64,000 nucleotides of DNA from a virus. Taxonomy: Duplodnaviria; Caudoviricetes. The position numbers were made by a program, and so were the translations under genes. Positions within the stretch are counted from its first letter, which is position 1. Every line of letters begins with the position of its first letter. This document shows, in pieces, positions 9,884 to 18,905 of the stretch. The stretch is from IMG/VR virus record IMGVR_UViG_3300002835_000001, positions 96,001-160,000 of that record; one strand, 5' to 3'. Below the pieces are notes generated by a model. It had not been told where the DNA came from. It saw only the letters and a program-made list of their open reading frames with translations, and searched no databases.

Positions 9884-10711
9884 TTAAACTCCAAACCTTG
9901 ATCTTCCGTTATTATAATTTTGTAAAATTTCGGTTGCCGTTAACGCTCTATTATAAATTCTCACAATTGAAACACCACCATTAAACCATCTTTCACCACT
10001 TGTACTAAATCCTCTACCAATATTTACATTACCCATAGTTCCCGTCCAATTTGCAAAAGTAAGACTTGACGCATTAGTACCATTATAATAACTTAAAAAA
10101 CTACTTGCACCTGTTTTAGTAATAACAGCACAATGTATTCCCGACGAACTTAATCCTGATGGTACAACATTGACACCATTATAATTACCTGCAGCGTCTC
10201 CAACAACCCATCCTAATGTTCCATTTGAATCTTGTTCTAATCTAGGTCCAATATTACTATAACCACTAGCACCTCCATTAAACACTAACCAATTACAATC
10301 AATTGGGTTTCTATAGTTAGAAACTGAATCTGATTTAAACCAAATTTCCACAGTAAAGGTTGAAAATGAACCCACATTACCAACACTTACAAAATCAGGA
10401 GACCCACTAAAATAAATTGACCCTCCTCCATTATTGTAAGAGACTGCCGTACCACCATTAAATGTTCCGTCATATCCATTACCACTCATATCTTTCCATT
10501 GAGTGTTGCAGTTTGTACAACCGGGATTTGATGAATAATATTGACAACCATATCCACAATCATAATAATTGGATGTATTGATATATGATGCATTATTTCC
10601 AACATCTAACCATAATACCATTCCCCGTGTAATTACTGCAGGACTTGCCGCCTCACCTGTTGGATTAAAATTTGTTGCCGAAAAAGTATTCCCCCCAATT
10701 ATAATTCCCAT
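9884..10711 (-). CDS. LamG/ConA-like lectin domain protein
   Basis: MVLWLDVG...WKDMSGNG...FTVEIW...FNGGVSIVRIYNRALTATEILQNYN...RFG. Confidence 0.85.
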   Translation of the reverse strand: MGIIIGGNTFSATNFNPTGEAASPAVITRGMVLWLDVGNNASYINTSNYYDCGYGCQYYSSNPGCTNCNTQWKDMSGNGYDGTFNGGTAVSYNNGGGSIYFSGSPDFVSVGNVGSFSTFTVEIWFKSDSVSNYRNPIDCNWLVFNGGASGYSNIGPRLEQDSNGTLGWVVGDAAGNYNGVNVVPSGLSSSGIHCAVITKTGASSFLSYYNGTNASSLTFANWTGTMGNVNIGRGFSTSGERWFNGGVSIVRIYNRALTATEILQNYNNGRSRFGV

Positions 10712-10720
10712 AAAAATATT

Positions 10721-11497
10721 TTATCTACCAAACCTACCTCTTGTTGCTTGATAATATTCGTTTATTTCATAAGGATGTAAAACTCTATTATAAAGTGATA
10801 TCATTCCAATGTCACCCCAAGGTTGACTTGATGCATTTGGGTTATTTTGGTCTCCGTTGTTGTATGCACCAACAGAACAGAAACCATGTTTAAATCTTGC
10901 GTTTGAGCTTGAAATTGACCCCCGTATAACTCCCGCAGTTTCATTATAACTAAAAAGATGATAAGGTACCTCAGCGTCATACCATCTCCAAACTAACATA
11001 TCCCAATTTGAAGTATTATATGCTGGTAAACTTTGTTGACTAAATCCATTACTATTAAAACCGGTACCATTTGTATTATCATACATACCGATAGCCCATG
11101 CTCCTGATTGAATAATCACTTGGTGGTCGGGTCCTGAACTTAAACCTCTCAATAGTGTTCTCCATTCAGCAGTACTATTCTTAACTCTTGTCCAACAAAC
11201 ACATGTTACATTACCCGATAATGGTACGTCTGAACTTGTTTTCTTTGCACAACCATATGAACCATTGAAGTCCATATACTTTGGTCCTGATGAATTGTAT
11301 GCGGATGCGTTTATAATAAAATTATATCCATTTCCACTTAAGTCATTCCATGCGGTTCCACTACCAGGATATGATTCTACATCGCCAGCATCTAAGTGTA
11401 AGACCATTCCGTCCCGTGTAATTTTTGTTTTGAATATACCACCACTAGTGATGTCACTTGAACTTATTACCTTATTGTTTTTAACATATAGTGGCAT
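10721..11497 (-). CDS. LamG/ConA-like lectin domain protein
   Basis: MVLHLDAGDVESYPGSGTAWNDLSGNG...ISLYNRVL...YYQATRGRFG. Confidence 0.85.
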   Translation of the reverse strand: MPLYVKNNKVISSSDITSGGIFKTKITRDGMVLHLDAGDVESYPGSGTAWNDLSGNGYNFIINASAYNSSGPKYMDFNGSYGCAKKTSSDVPLSGNVTCVCWTRVKNSTAEWRTLLRGLSSGPDHQVIIQSGAWAIGMYDNTNGTGFNSNGFSQQSLPAYNTSNWDMLVWRWYDAEVPYHLFSYNETAGVIRGSISSSNARFKHGFCSVGAYNNGDQNNPNASSQPWGDIGMISLYNRVLHPYEINEYYQATRGRFGR

Positions 11498-11498
11498 A

Positions 11499-13892
11499 TT
11501 ATATAATCTCTGTTAAATCTATTTTGAACTTCTTACCGTTCTTATGATTTATAATATACAGATTTTCTTGACCTTCCTGTATAGTCCAATCACCTGTTGT
11601 TCCATCTATTTCATTTCCACCTTCTTTACCTTCGTTACTTAGGTGTAAGTCATTGGTATATAAGTTGGCCCATCTAAGTGATGAACTACCTAAATTGTAT
11701 GAATTGTTTGCAAATGGAACCATATGACCATCTGTTTGAATTCTGATTCTTTGTACGGCATTTGACCAAAAATCTATATTTCCATTTTCTGTGTAAATAT
11801 TTAAACCTCCAGCTCCTGCCCACGATGATGCGTTTTGGTTTCCAAGCCAAATGTAAGCATTACGAGTACCCGCCTTAAAGTTCACTTGAACATATTCATT
11901 AGTCCCGGCTGATGTATTTTCAAATCTAACCATTTCACCACTTCCACGAGCATGTAATGTTAATGCCGGACTCACACCTACACCTAAACTACTAAATTGT
12001 ACTGCGTTACCCGTACCAACACTTTGGTTAATTGTATATGCGGTAATATTTGTGGCAGTACCACTAATATTCATAGATTGACCACTAAGTAATGCGGCCG
12101 CCGCTGCTGCTGTATAACTTCTATAATAGTAATCACTTGTATTATGTCCAGCAAAATAACCCATACCCGATGCATTTCTTTCAGATCCACCACCAGATGC
12201 ATTGAAATAGTTGTTAACAATATAACCGTTTGAGTCAGCAACAACTATTCTATTTGCAGTTCCGCTTGTTTGTGATGGTGTAAATCCACCGGCAGTCGTT
12301 GAATTTGTGGCCGATGTTGCATTTCCACTTAATGCTCCAGTAAATGTTGTTGCACTTACTGTTGAGAATGTTGGTGTTGATGTTGTTAATAACGCCTGAT
12401 TTAAATAAGTACCAAATCCCGTTGTTGATGTTAAACTAATTTGTGAAGAACCCGAAACAAGTCCTGATGGTATACTAGATATAGAACCAAAAGTTATTTG
12501 AGATGATCCAGATACGATACCAGACGGAATTCCAGTAAGAGAACCGAATGTTACTTGAGCACTTCCAGATATAACACCGTCCGCATTCATTTTGGTTTTT
12601 ACACCCGTAGTAAATGTTGCGGATGTTGTGTCAAGACTAATTGTCCGCGTAGATGATATGTCACCACCTCCACTTAAACCATTACCGGCACTAATTGATA
12701 CTGATGTGTGGTCAATGTGCCTATTTGCAACATATCCTGTTGTTGAATCGTGTGCAATTTGAGATGAACCAGAAACTAATGTTGTTCCTGTTGAGCTAAA
12801 TGTTCCATTAACAATTGTATTTGAAAGCATCGTAATCGTTGTTCCATCATCACTAATATTGCTATTGGTTAAATGTTCAATTCCTGTACTTTTAACTAAT
12901 CTGTTTGATGTGATATACGATTCATTACCTACATTATTATATGTCTCTGGACCCATTAACAAGACAGATGATGTAACTGAAGCTTGATTTTGGTGAACAA
13001 ATAGCCATTGATTATTAATTGAATCAAATAAAATTGAACCAGATACCTGTGGTGATGACCCACTATCAATAACTGCAAGTCCACCGAATCTAACGCTTGG
13101 ATTCAAAGCGTTAACGGTTATAATGTTATCGGCAATATTAAGAATTGATGAACTAACGTGTTGAATTGACGATGAACCAGCGACAATTAAATCTTGAGAG
13201 ATGAAAAGGGATCCGGTAATTGTTTGTGAACCTTGAAATATATTTGAACCAGTGGTTGCATAACTACCTGTTTTTGCTTCGATAGAATCGACCCGATTCT
13301 TTGTATTAAGAGTGGTAGTCGCAACTGAACTAGATAAACTTCCAATACTTGTAGATATACTTGAACTGAATGTTGAGTATCCCGTTGTTCCTGTTATTTC
13401 AATTTGTGATGAACCTGATGCAATACCTGATGGTTTTGAAGCGATATTATCCCAAGTTGTTTGAGTTATCGAACCACTCAACACATATCTACCATCATAT
13501 GATGATGTTAATTGTGATGAACCTGATACAATACCTGAAGGTATTCCCGTTAATCCTGAATATGTAATTTGTGATGAACCTGATACCAATGGTGTAACCG
13601 TTGATACGATACTACCTGATATTGTTTGATTACCAATAAAAGTATTTGAACCCGTAGTTGCTAAACTTGAACTATATGTGTTAAAAGAAGATGTTAACAA
13701 ATAACTTGGAGCCGAGGATGCTGTTAGAGCGTTTGTAATTGAACCACTCATTGTTAAATCACCCAATGTTAATCCTGTCATTCCTGATAGGTCGAGTGTA
13801 CCTCCTGAAAATGATATATTTGAACCACTTCCTGAAATAAATGATACTACATTACCCGAATTGTCTTTAAATTTAAATGCTCCGTTTGCCAT
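11499..13892 (-). CDS. Tail fibre protein with the shared C-terminal domain
   Basis: 797 aa; shares shaft modules with the other fibres; ends YTNDLHLSN...WTIQEGQENLYIIN. Confidence 0.8.
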   Translation of the reverse strand: MANGAFKFKDNSGNVVSFISGSGSNISFSGGTLDLSGMTGLTLGDLTMSGSITNALTASSAPSYLLTSSFNTYSSSLATTGSNTFIGNQTISGSIVSTVTPLVSGSSQITYSGLTGIPSGIVSGSSQLTSSYDGRYVLSGSITQTTWDNIASKPSGIASGSSQIEITGTTGYSTFSSSISTSIGSLSSSVATTTLNTKNRVDSIEAKTGSYATTGSNIFQGSQTITGSLFISQDLIVAGSSSIQHVSSSILNIADNIITVNALNPSVRFGGLAVIDSGSSPQVSGSILFDSINNQWLFVHQNQASVTSSVLLMGPETYNNVGNESYITSNRLVKSTGIEHLTNSNISDDGTTITMLSNTIVNGTFSSTGTTLVSGSSQIAHDSTTGYVANRHIDHTSVSISAGNGLSGGGDISSTRTISLDTTSATFTTGVKTKMNADGVISGSAQVTFGSLTGIPSGIVSGSSQITFGSISSIPSGLVSGSSQISLTSTTGFGTYLNQALLTTSTPTFSTVSATTFTGALSGNATSATNSTTAGGFTPSQTSGTANRIVVADSNGYIVNNYFNASGGGSERNASGMGYFAGHNTSDYYYRSYTAAAAAALLSGQSMNISGTATNITAYTINQSVGTGNAVQFSSLGVGVSPALTLHARGSGEMVRFENTSAGTNEYVQVNFKAGTRNAYIWLGNQNASSWAGAGGLNIYTENGNIDFWSNAVQRIRIQTDGHMVPFANNSYNLGSSSLRWANLYTNDLHLSNEGKEGGNEIDGTTGDWTIQEGQENLYIINHKNGKKFKIDLTEII

Positions 13893-13895
13893 TTT

Positions 13896-13903
13896 TATAA
13901 ATA
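13896..13903 (-). promoter_or_regulatory. TATTTATA motif
   Basis: 3 nt upstream of fibre ATG 13892. Confidence 0.55.
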
Positions 13904-13922
13904 GTTCATAGATTGAATTAGA

Positions 13923-14651
13923 TTAAAGTCCGAATCTACTTTTTTGAGTATTATAATTTTGTGTGACCATTGAACTTGTAAAACCAATACCTTTATAAAC
14001 TTTAACAGAAGATACCCTCATATTACCGTAGGTTCCACCCGCATTACCAATTAAAAGGGGTTCACTAGAATTGTTAACAGATTTACTAGTGAAATCACTA
14101 GAATCAACTAATGAGCCATTTACATATAGTGTAACTGTATTTGATATTCTTGTTACCACCCCGTGCATCCATCCGTTAACAATACCAGAATTTGAAACAC
14201 CACCTTCATATACACCATCGTTGGTATATAATCTAATGGCATTACTACTAGTTGATGTCATAACAATCCAATTTGATGCTGGCCATTTTGATGGAAAAGT
14301 ACCTATTATACCCTGATATGGTGTGGCTACCGATACAATATAAACCCAAACTTCAATTGTGAATTCTCCAGTGCCAAAACTCCAATTTGAAGAATATGGA
14401 ATTGTAATATAATCATTACTACCGTCAAGATTAATATAACCTTGATTATTACTACTAAATGTAGGTCCGTTTATTAATGTACCATGATTATTTTTTCCAG
14501 ACATATCATACCAATCTACACCAGAACCCGAATAAGATTCTAATGCCGATGCGTCTAAATGTAAAACCAATCCTCTTTCGATTATGTTTTTATAATCACC
14601 CACACTAGCGTGTGTTCCATCATATATGTGACCCCCAATATTAAACGGCAT
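13923..14651 (-). CDS. LamG/ConA-like lectin domain protein
   Basis: LVLHLDAS...WYDMSGKNNHGTLINGPTF...FTIEVWV...WMHGVVTR...QNYNTQKSRFGL. Confidence 0.85.
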   Translation of the reverse strand: MPFNIGGHIYDGTHASVGDYKNIIERGLVLHLDASALESYSGSGVDWYDMSGKNNHGTLINGPTFSSNNQGYINLDGSNDYITIPYSSNWSFGTGEFTIEVWVYIVSVATPYQGIIGTFPSKWPASNWIVMTSTSSNAIRLYTNDGVYEGGVSNSGIVNGWMHGVVTRISNTVTLYVNGSLVDSSDFTSKSVNNSSEPLLIGNAGGTYGNMRVSSVKVYKGIGFTSSMVTQNYNTQKSRFGL

Positions 14652-14661
14652 AATTTATATT

Positions 14662-15984
14662 TTATAATCCAAATCTATTTTTTTGTATATTATAATTTTG
14701 TGAAATTTCGGATAATGTTAAAATTCTTTCATATAATTTATATGAACCTAAAGTCATATTTGTATAACCACCATAACCAGGTGATGTACCATATAAATTA
14801 TATGTCCCTATTGAATGACAAACGATAGATGGTCCACCATTATATGTTGTACCTGTAAAACTACTATCAAGTGAACCATTAATATAAAATTTGTATTCAT
14901 TATTTTGTGTTGTGACAGTAATATGATACCAAGTTCCAACAGTTAAGGTTGCTTGTGAAAATGAATCTATAATATATGCTGAAGTATCATACCAAATAAA
15001 TTTCAATTTATTATTTGATGCGAATTGTAGTCTTAATTCAGGATTACCGCCAGAAGCGTCAGCCAAAGTCCACCAATATGAACCATTTCCTGTTGCATTA
15101 AATTTAACCCAAAACTCTGTTGATATGATTGAAGACGTTGAGCCGGCAAATAATGACGTAGGTAAATTTAACCAATCATTTGTACCGTCAAATATCAACG
15201 ATCCACCATTTGATGAACTATATGTTGGCCCATTAACTAACGTTCCTGTATCATTTCTTTTACTAGAACGTATATATTCTAATGTTAAATCTGTAACTTC
15301 AGTACCAGACGCTTCTCCAGCAATAATACAACATCTATCTGTAGCCGAACATGCAACATCTGCCTTAATTGCTGTCCAAGGACCTGTTTTGGATGTTGAT
15401 GAATATTGAACACTTAAATTAGTCCCACTTCTCACCCATTTAAACCAATATCCTGTTGTTGCACCTCCGCCACCTGAAATTGGTGAGTGATATTGGCCAT
15501 GATGTGATGCACTATACCCATTTGGAAATCCTGATGTACTTAATGATCCACCATAAGGCCCTGTAGGATCTGCCGAATATCCATTAAAGTCAAAATGGGA
15601 TACATTTGTACCATATATTATGGCAATGCCTCTAAAATCACGAGCCCAATATGCAACGACTTCAAAATCTTCATTTGCATTAAATGTCCTATCTAAAACC
15701 ACCGCAGAATAACCTCCTTGTGCCTCCGGCTCAGAACTCCAAACTCTACCACCATTTAATAAAGTTCCTTTTATGTGAAATGTTGATGGTTGTCTCCATC
15801 CTGTTGCGAAATCTGAATTTGTTATTGAACTACTAAGGTCATTAACAACTGTTCCGGTTTCAGGATAAGAATCGGGAGCACCTGCATCCATATGAAATAT
15901 TAAACCTCTATTAATTACATTTTTGTAATTTAAAGTTTTAACTATACTACTATTAACAATATTTCCATTTATATCTAAAGGCAT
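14662..15984 (-). CDS. LamG lectin with an inserted second beta domain
   Basis: LIFHMDAG...NDLS [~165 aa insert] NDTGTLVNGPTY...WYHITVT...QNYNIQKNRFGL. Confidence 0.8.
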   Translation of the reverse strand: MPLDINGNIVNSSIVKTLNYKNVINRGLIFHMDAGAPDSYPETGTVVNDLSSSITNSDFATGWRQPSTFHIKGTLLNGGRVWSSEPEAQGGYSAVVLDRTFNANEDFEVVAYWARDFRGIAIIYGTNVSHFDFNGYSADPTGPYGGSLSTSGFPNGYSASHHGQYHSPISGGGGATTGYWFKWVRSGTNLSVQYSSTSKTGPWTAIKADVACSATDRCCIIAGEASGTEVTDLTLEYIRSSKRNDTGTLVNGPTYSSSNGGSLIFDGTNDWLNLPTSLFAGSTSSIISTEFWVKFNATGNGSYWWTLADASGGNPELRLQFASNNKLKFIWYDTSAYIIDSFSQATLTVGTWYHITVTTQNNEYKFYINGSLDSSFTGTTYNGGPSIVCHSIGTYNLYGTSPGYGGYTNMTLGSYKLYERILTLSEISQNYNIQKNRFGL

Positions 15985-15985
15985 A

Positions 15986-16237
15986 TTAGTGATGTGTTTC
16001 TTCTTTAAGCCATGTTGGCGTGTTTAATATTTCAATAATTTCATTATGTGTATATGGTCCTTGTTTTGTTGTTAAATTAGAAACGCTAAGTGGCATTTCA
16101 TCTGAATCATATTTCACAAAAGTTAATGTTTCGTCAACTGATTTTCTAACGGTACCAGATGACGTTTCTTGAACTTCGTTGAAATCAATTTTATCTAATT
16201 CACTTACATCAAAAATTATATATTTTCTATTTTCCAT
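15986..16237 (-). CDS. Small companion protein of the LamG cassette (MENRKYIIFDVSELDKIDF...)
   Basis: Real ATG most likely 16237, 1 nt after the fibre stop; the ORF-track extension to 16369 overlaps the fibre gene. Confidence 0.7.
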   Translation of the reverse strand: MENRKYIIFDVSELDKIDFNEVQETSSGTVRKSVDETLTFVKYDSDEMPLSVSNLTTKQGPYTHNEIIEILNTPTWLKEETHH

Positions 16238-16238
16238 A

Positions 16239-18905
16239 TTACGATTTTTTTGGTGTTGCAGTTGACGGATCTTCTTCCTGTAAAACAAAAGAGTAAACTT
16301 TATTATTTTTATTATTATATAAATATAATTTTTCTTCACCCTCAACAATTGTGTAATCACCAATACCATTACTTAAACTTAAGTCAGATGTATAGACAGT
16401 ACCCCAACGTAATGATGACGTTCCTAAGTCTTGTGTTCCATTTGCTGCCGGCCGAACCGTTCCGACAGATGTTATTCGTAATCTTTCAGCTGGTGAACCA
16501 CCATTTATTCTTGTACCAAATGATAGATATGATGCATAATCTCCACCGGTTGAGTTTTCTTTACCTCCTTTAATGTAGGAGAATGTGTTAATAATTGAAC
16601 TAGTTCCGCTAAAATATCCAGCAAATGAAATACCTCCACCAGTTCCAGTTGTTGCGGATGTGGTGTCAAATACTCTTATTGTGGTTGTTACGTCTCCTTG
16701 ACTTACATTAGGACCATCAACCGCAAGTCTGAATCCTTGGGTGTCGGTAGTTCCAAGACCTAGGTTAGCAGACTCATTTAAGGTCATTGCAGTTGTAAAG
16801 TTGATGGCATTACCTGTAGTTCCTGATGGGGCTTGTTGCCAAAGAAATGCACCTGTATTTTCTAAATAAAATCTTGAAGCTGCAGCAGTGTTAATATATA
16901 TATTGTTGCTACCATTAAAATAAGTGTTGTTACCAAAAAGTGCATTGTTAAATCCATCATTATAAACAGACATTCTTGCACCTATTTGAATTACCTTTGA
17001 ACTTTCGCCCCATGAACTAGGTGTGACACCTACACCAACGTTACTTGTTGTTACTAATGATCCAGTTACAGTTGTGTTTCCATTAACATCTAATTGTGAG
17101 TTTGGGGTATTTTTATTTATACCAACAAATGTACTATTACCATCAATTACAATATGATTTTTAGTAAAGTCATTTGAAACAATATATGTTTTACCATCTT
17201 GACCTTGGCCAAAATATGAACTCATTGTTGATCCTGAGTTTACGGCATTTCTAACTCTTATAAAGTTTCTTGTTCCTGATGTATAATCTCCATTCCAAAA
17301 TTCACCCATCACATTCTGTGTTGAAACAGAACTTGTATATATATTTAATTGTGTTGAGGAAGGACTATTAATTGATATGTTACCTGTTGTTGATATACTA
17401 CCAGTAAGTATTGTATCACCATTATTCTTTAATTTTAAATTTGTTAAACCAGCACTATTTTTAAAATTAAGGTCAACATTAGAATCAATACTTATTTCAG
17501 GGTTACCAGATGCCCCCGAAGTATCGAATATGATTCCTTTGTCTACACCTACTAATACGCTACCTGTAATTGATAAACTACCACTAATTCCAATTCCACC
17601 TCCAGTTTCGCTTATAATACTATCACCAACATGTTCATTACCCGTACCTTTTAATATCCGATTATTCGTAGGGTAACTTTCGTTACCAACGTTGTTGTAG
17701 GTCTGTGGACCCATTAACGCCACGGATGAGGTTATGTTGGTACCATCACCTCTATGTATAAAAATAAATTCGTCCTGCACCGCATCATATAAAAAAGAAC
17801 CAGAACCACCAATTGATCCGCTATCAAATACGCTCAAACCAGCAAATCTAATTGCAGGATTTGCGGTGTTTAAGTTTACAATGTTTGCACCAATGTTAAC
17901 CGCAGATGCTGTTATATTTTGTAAAGACGAACTACCTTGTACAACTAAATCAGAACTAATATATAAACTACCAGTAATTGTTTGTATACCTACAAAGTTA
18001 TTACTTCCTGTTGTTGCATAGCTACCTGTTTTAAATTCAATTGAATCTACCCGATTTTTTATTCCTAATGTTGTTGTTGTAATTGAACTAGATAATGTAT
18101 TAATTGAATTTGATATCGATGAACTAAATGTTGAATATCCCGTTGTTCCTGTTATATCGATTTGTGATGAACCTGAGGCAATCCCAACTGGTTTATTTGC
18201 AATATTATCCCAAGTTGTTTGGGTAATACTACCACTTAACACATAACGAGAATCGTAACTACTTGTTAATTGTGATGAACCTGAAATAATTCCACTAGGG
18301 ACGTTACTTAATCCAGTATATGATATTTGTGAAGAACCTGATACCAATGGTGTAACCGTTGATACGATACTACCAGTTACTACAATGCCATTACCAAAAT
18401 GAATTGCATTTCCGTCTGATGATAAAATTCTATTTCCGGCATATATTTGTGTGCTACCTTTTAATGCAATAATTCCCGTTGTTGGGTCTAAAATAACGTC
18501 TCCACCACCTGAAGTTGCAAGTGTAATATTACCATCATTACTTTGTAATGTAATTGTATCCGAACCCGCTTCTAATATTTTAAATGATTGTCCAACATCT
18601 GTTGTAATCTGTAATTCTTGTGATGTACTACCTAAAACTTTTGTACCATCAATGTATAGTGAACCTGAGGATATATAAACGTGTCTAAATTGTTGAGTTG
18701 AGCTACCTAAGTCATACGTGTTGTTAACGGCAGGTAATATTGAACCACTTATTGTTTGTGTTCCTTTAAATAAATTACTACCTGTTGTTGCGGTTGAACC
18801 AGTTAAACCATTAAATGATGCTGTTGTTGCAAACACATTTAAATCGGTAATTGTGGTTCCGTTTAAACTTAAACTACTGGTGAGTTGAGGTCCGTCTATT
18901 CTCAT
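16239..18905 (-). CDS. Tail fibre protein with the shared C-terminal domain
   Basis: 888 aa; ~105-aa module shared with 2890..7776; ends VYTSDLSLSN.GDYTIVEGEEKLYLYN. Confidence 0.8.
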   Translation of the reverse strand: MRIDGPQLTSSLSLNGTTITDLNVFATTASFNGLTGSTATTGSNLFKGTQTISGSILPAVNNTYDLGSSTQQFRHVYISSGSLYIDGTKVLGSTSQELQITTDVGQSFKILEAGSDTITLQSNDGNITLATSGGGDVILDPTTGIIALKGSTQIYAGNRILSSDGNAIHFGNGIVVTGSIVSTVTPLVSGSSQISYTGLSNVPSGIISGSSQLTSSYDSRYVLSGSITQTTWDNIANKPVGIASGSSQIDITGTTGYSTFSSSISNSINTLSSSITTTTLGIKNRVDSIEFKTGSYATTGSNNFVGIQTITGSLYISSDLVVQGSSSLQNITASAVNIGANIVNLNTANPAIRFAGLSVFDSGSIGGSGSFLYDAVQDEFIFIHRGDGTNITSSVALMGPQTYNNVGNESYPTNNRILKGTGNEHVGDSIISETGGGIGISGSLSITGSVLVGVDKGIIFDTSGASGNPEISIDSNVDLNFKNSAGLTNLKLKNNGDTILTGSISTTGNISINSPSSTQLNIYTSSVSTQNVMGEFWNGDYTSGTRNFIRVRNAVNSGSTMSSYFGQGQDGKTYIVSNDFTKNHIVIDGNSTFVGINKNTPNSQLDVNGNTTVTGSLVTTSNVGVGVTPSSWGESSKVIQIGARMSVYNDGFNNALFGNNTYFNGSNNIYINTAAASRFYLENTGAFLWQQAPSGTTGNAINFTTAMTLNESANLGLGTTDTQGFRLAVDGPNVSQGDVTTTIRVFDTTSATTGTGGGISFAGYFSGTSSIINTFSYIKGGKENSTGGDYASYLSFGTRINGGSPAERLRITSVGTVRPAANGTQDLGTSSLRWGTVYTSDLSLSNGIGDYTIVEGEEKLYLYNNKNNKVYSFVLQEEDPSTATPKKS

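Noticed and set aside
15986-16369. ORF-track starts at 16369, 30871, 32720, 39271, 48122, 49122 and 60147
   Set aside because: These extensions overlap neighbouring genes or a terminator; downstream ATGs (16237, 30946, 32696, 39211, 48113, 49053, 60120) give coupled starts or the expected family N-terminus
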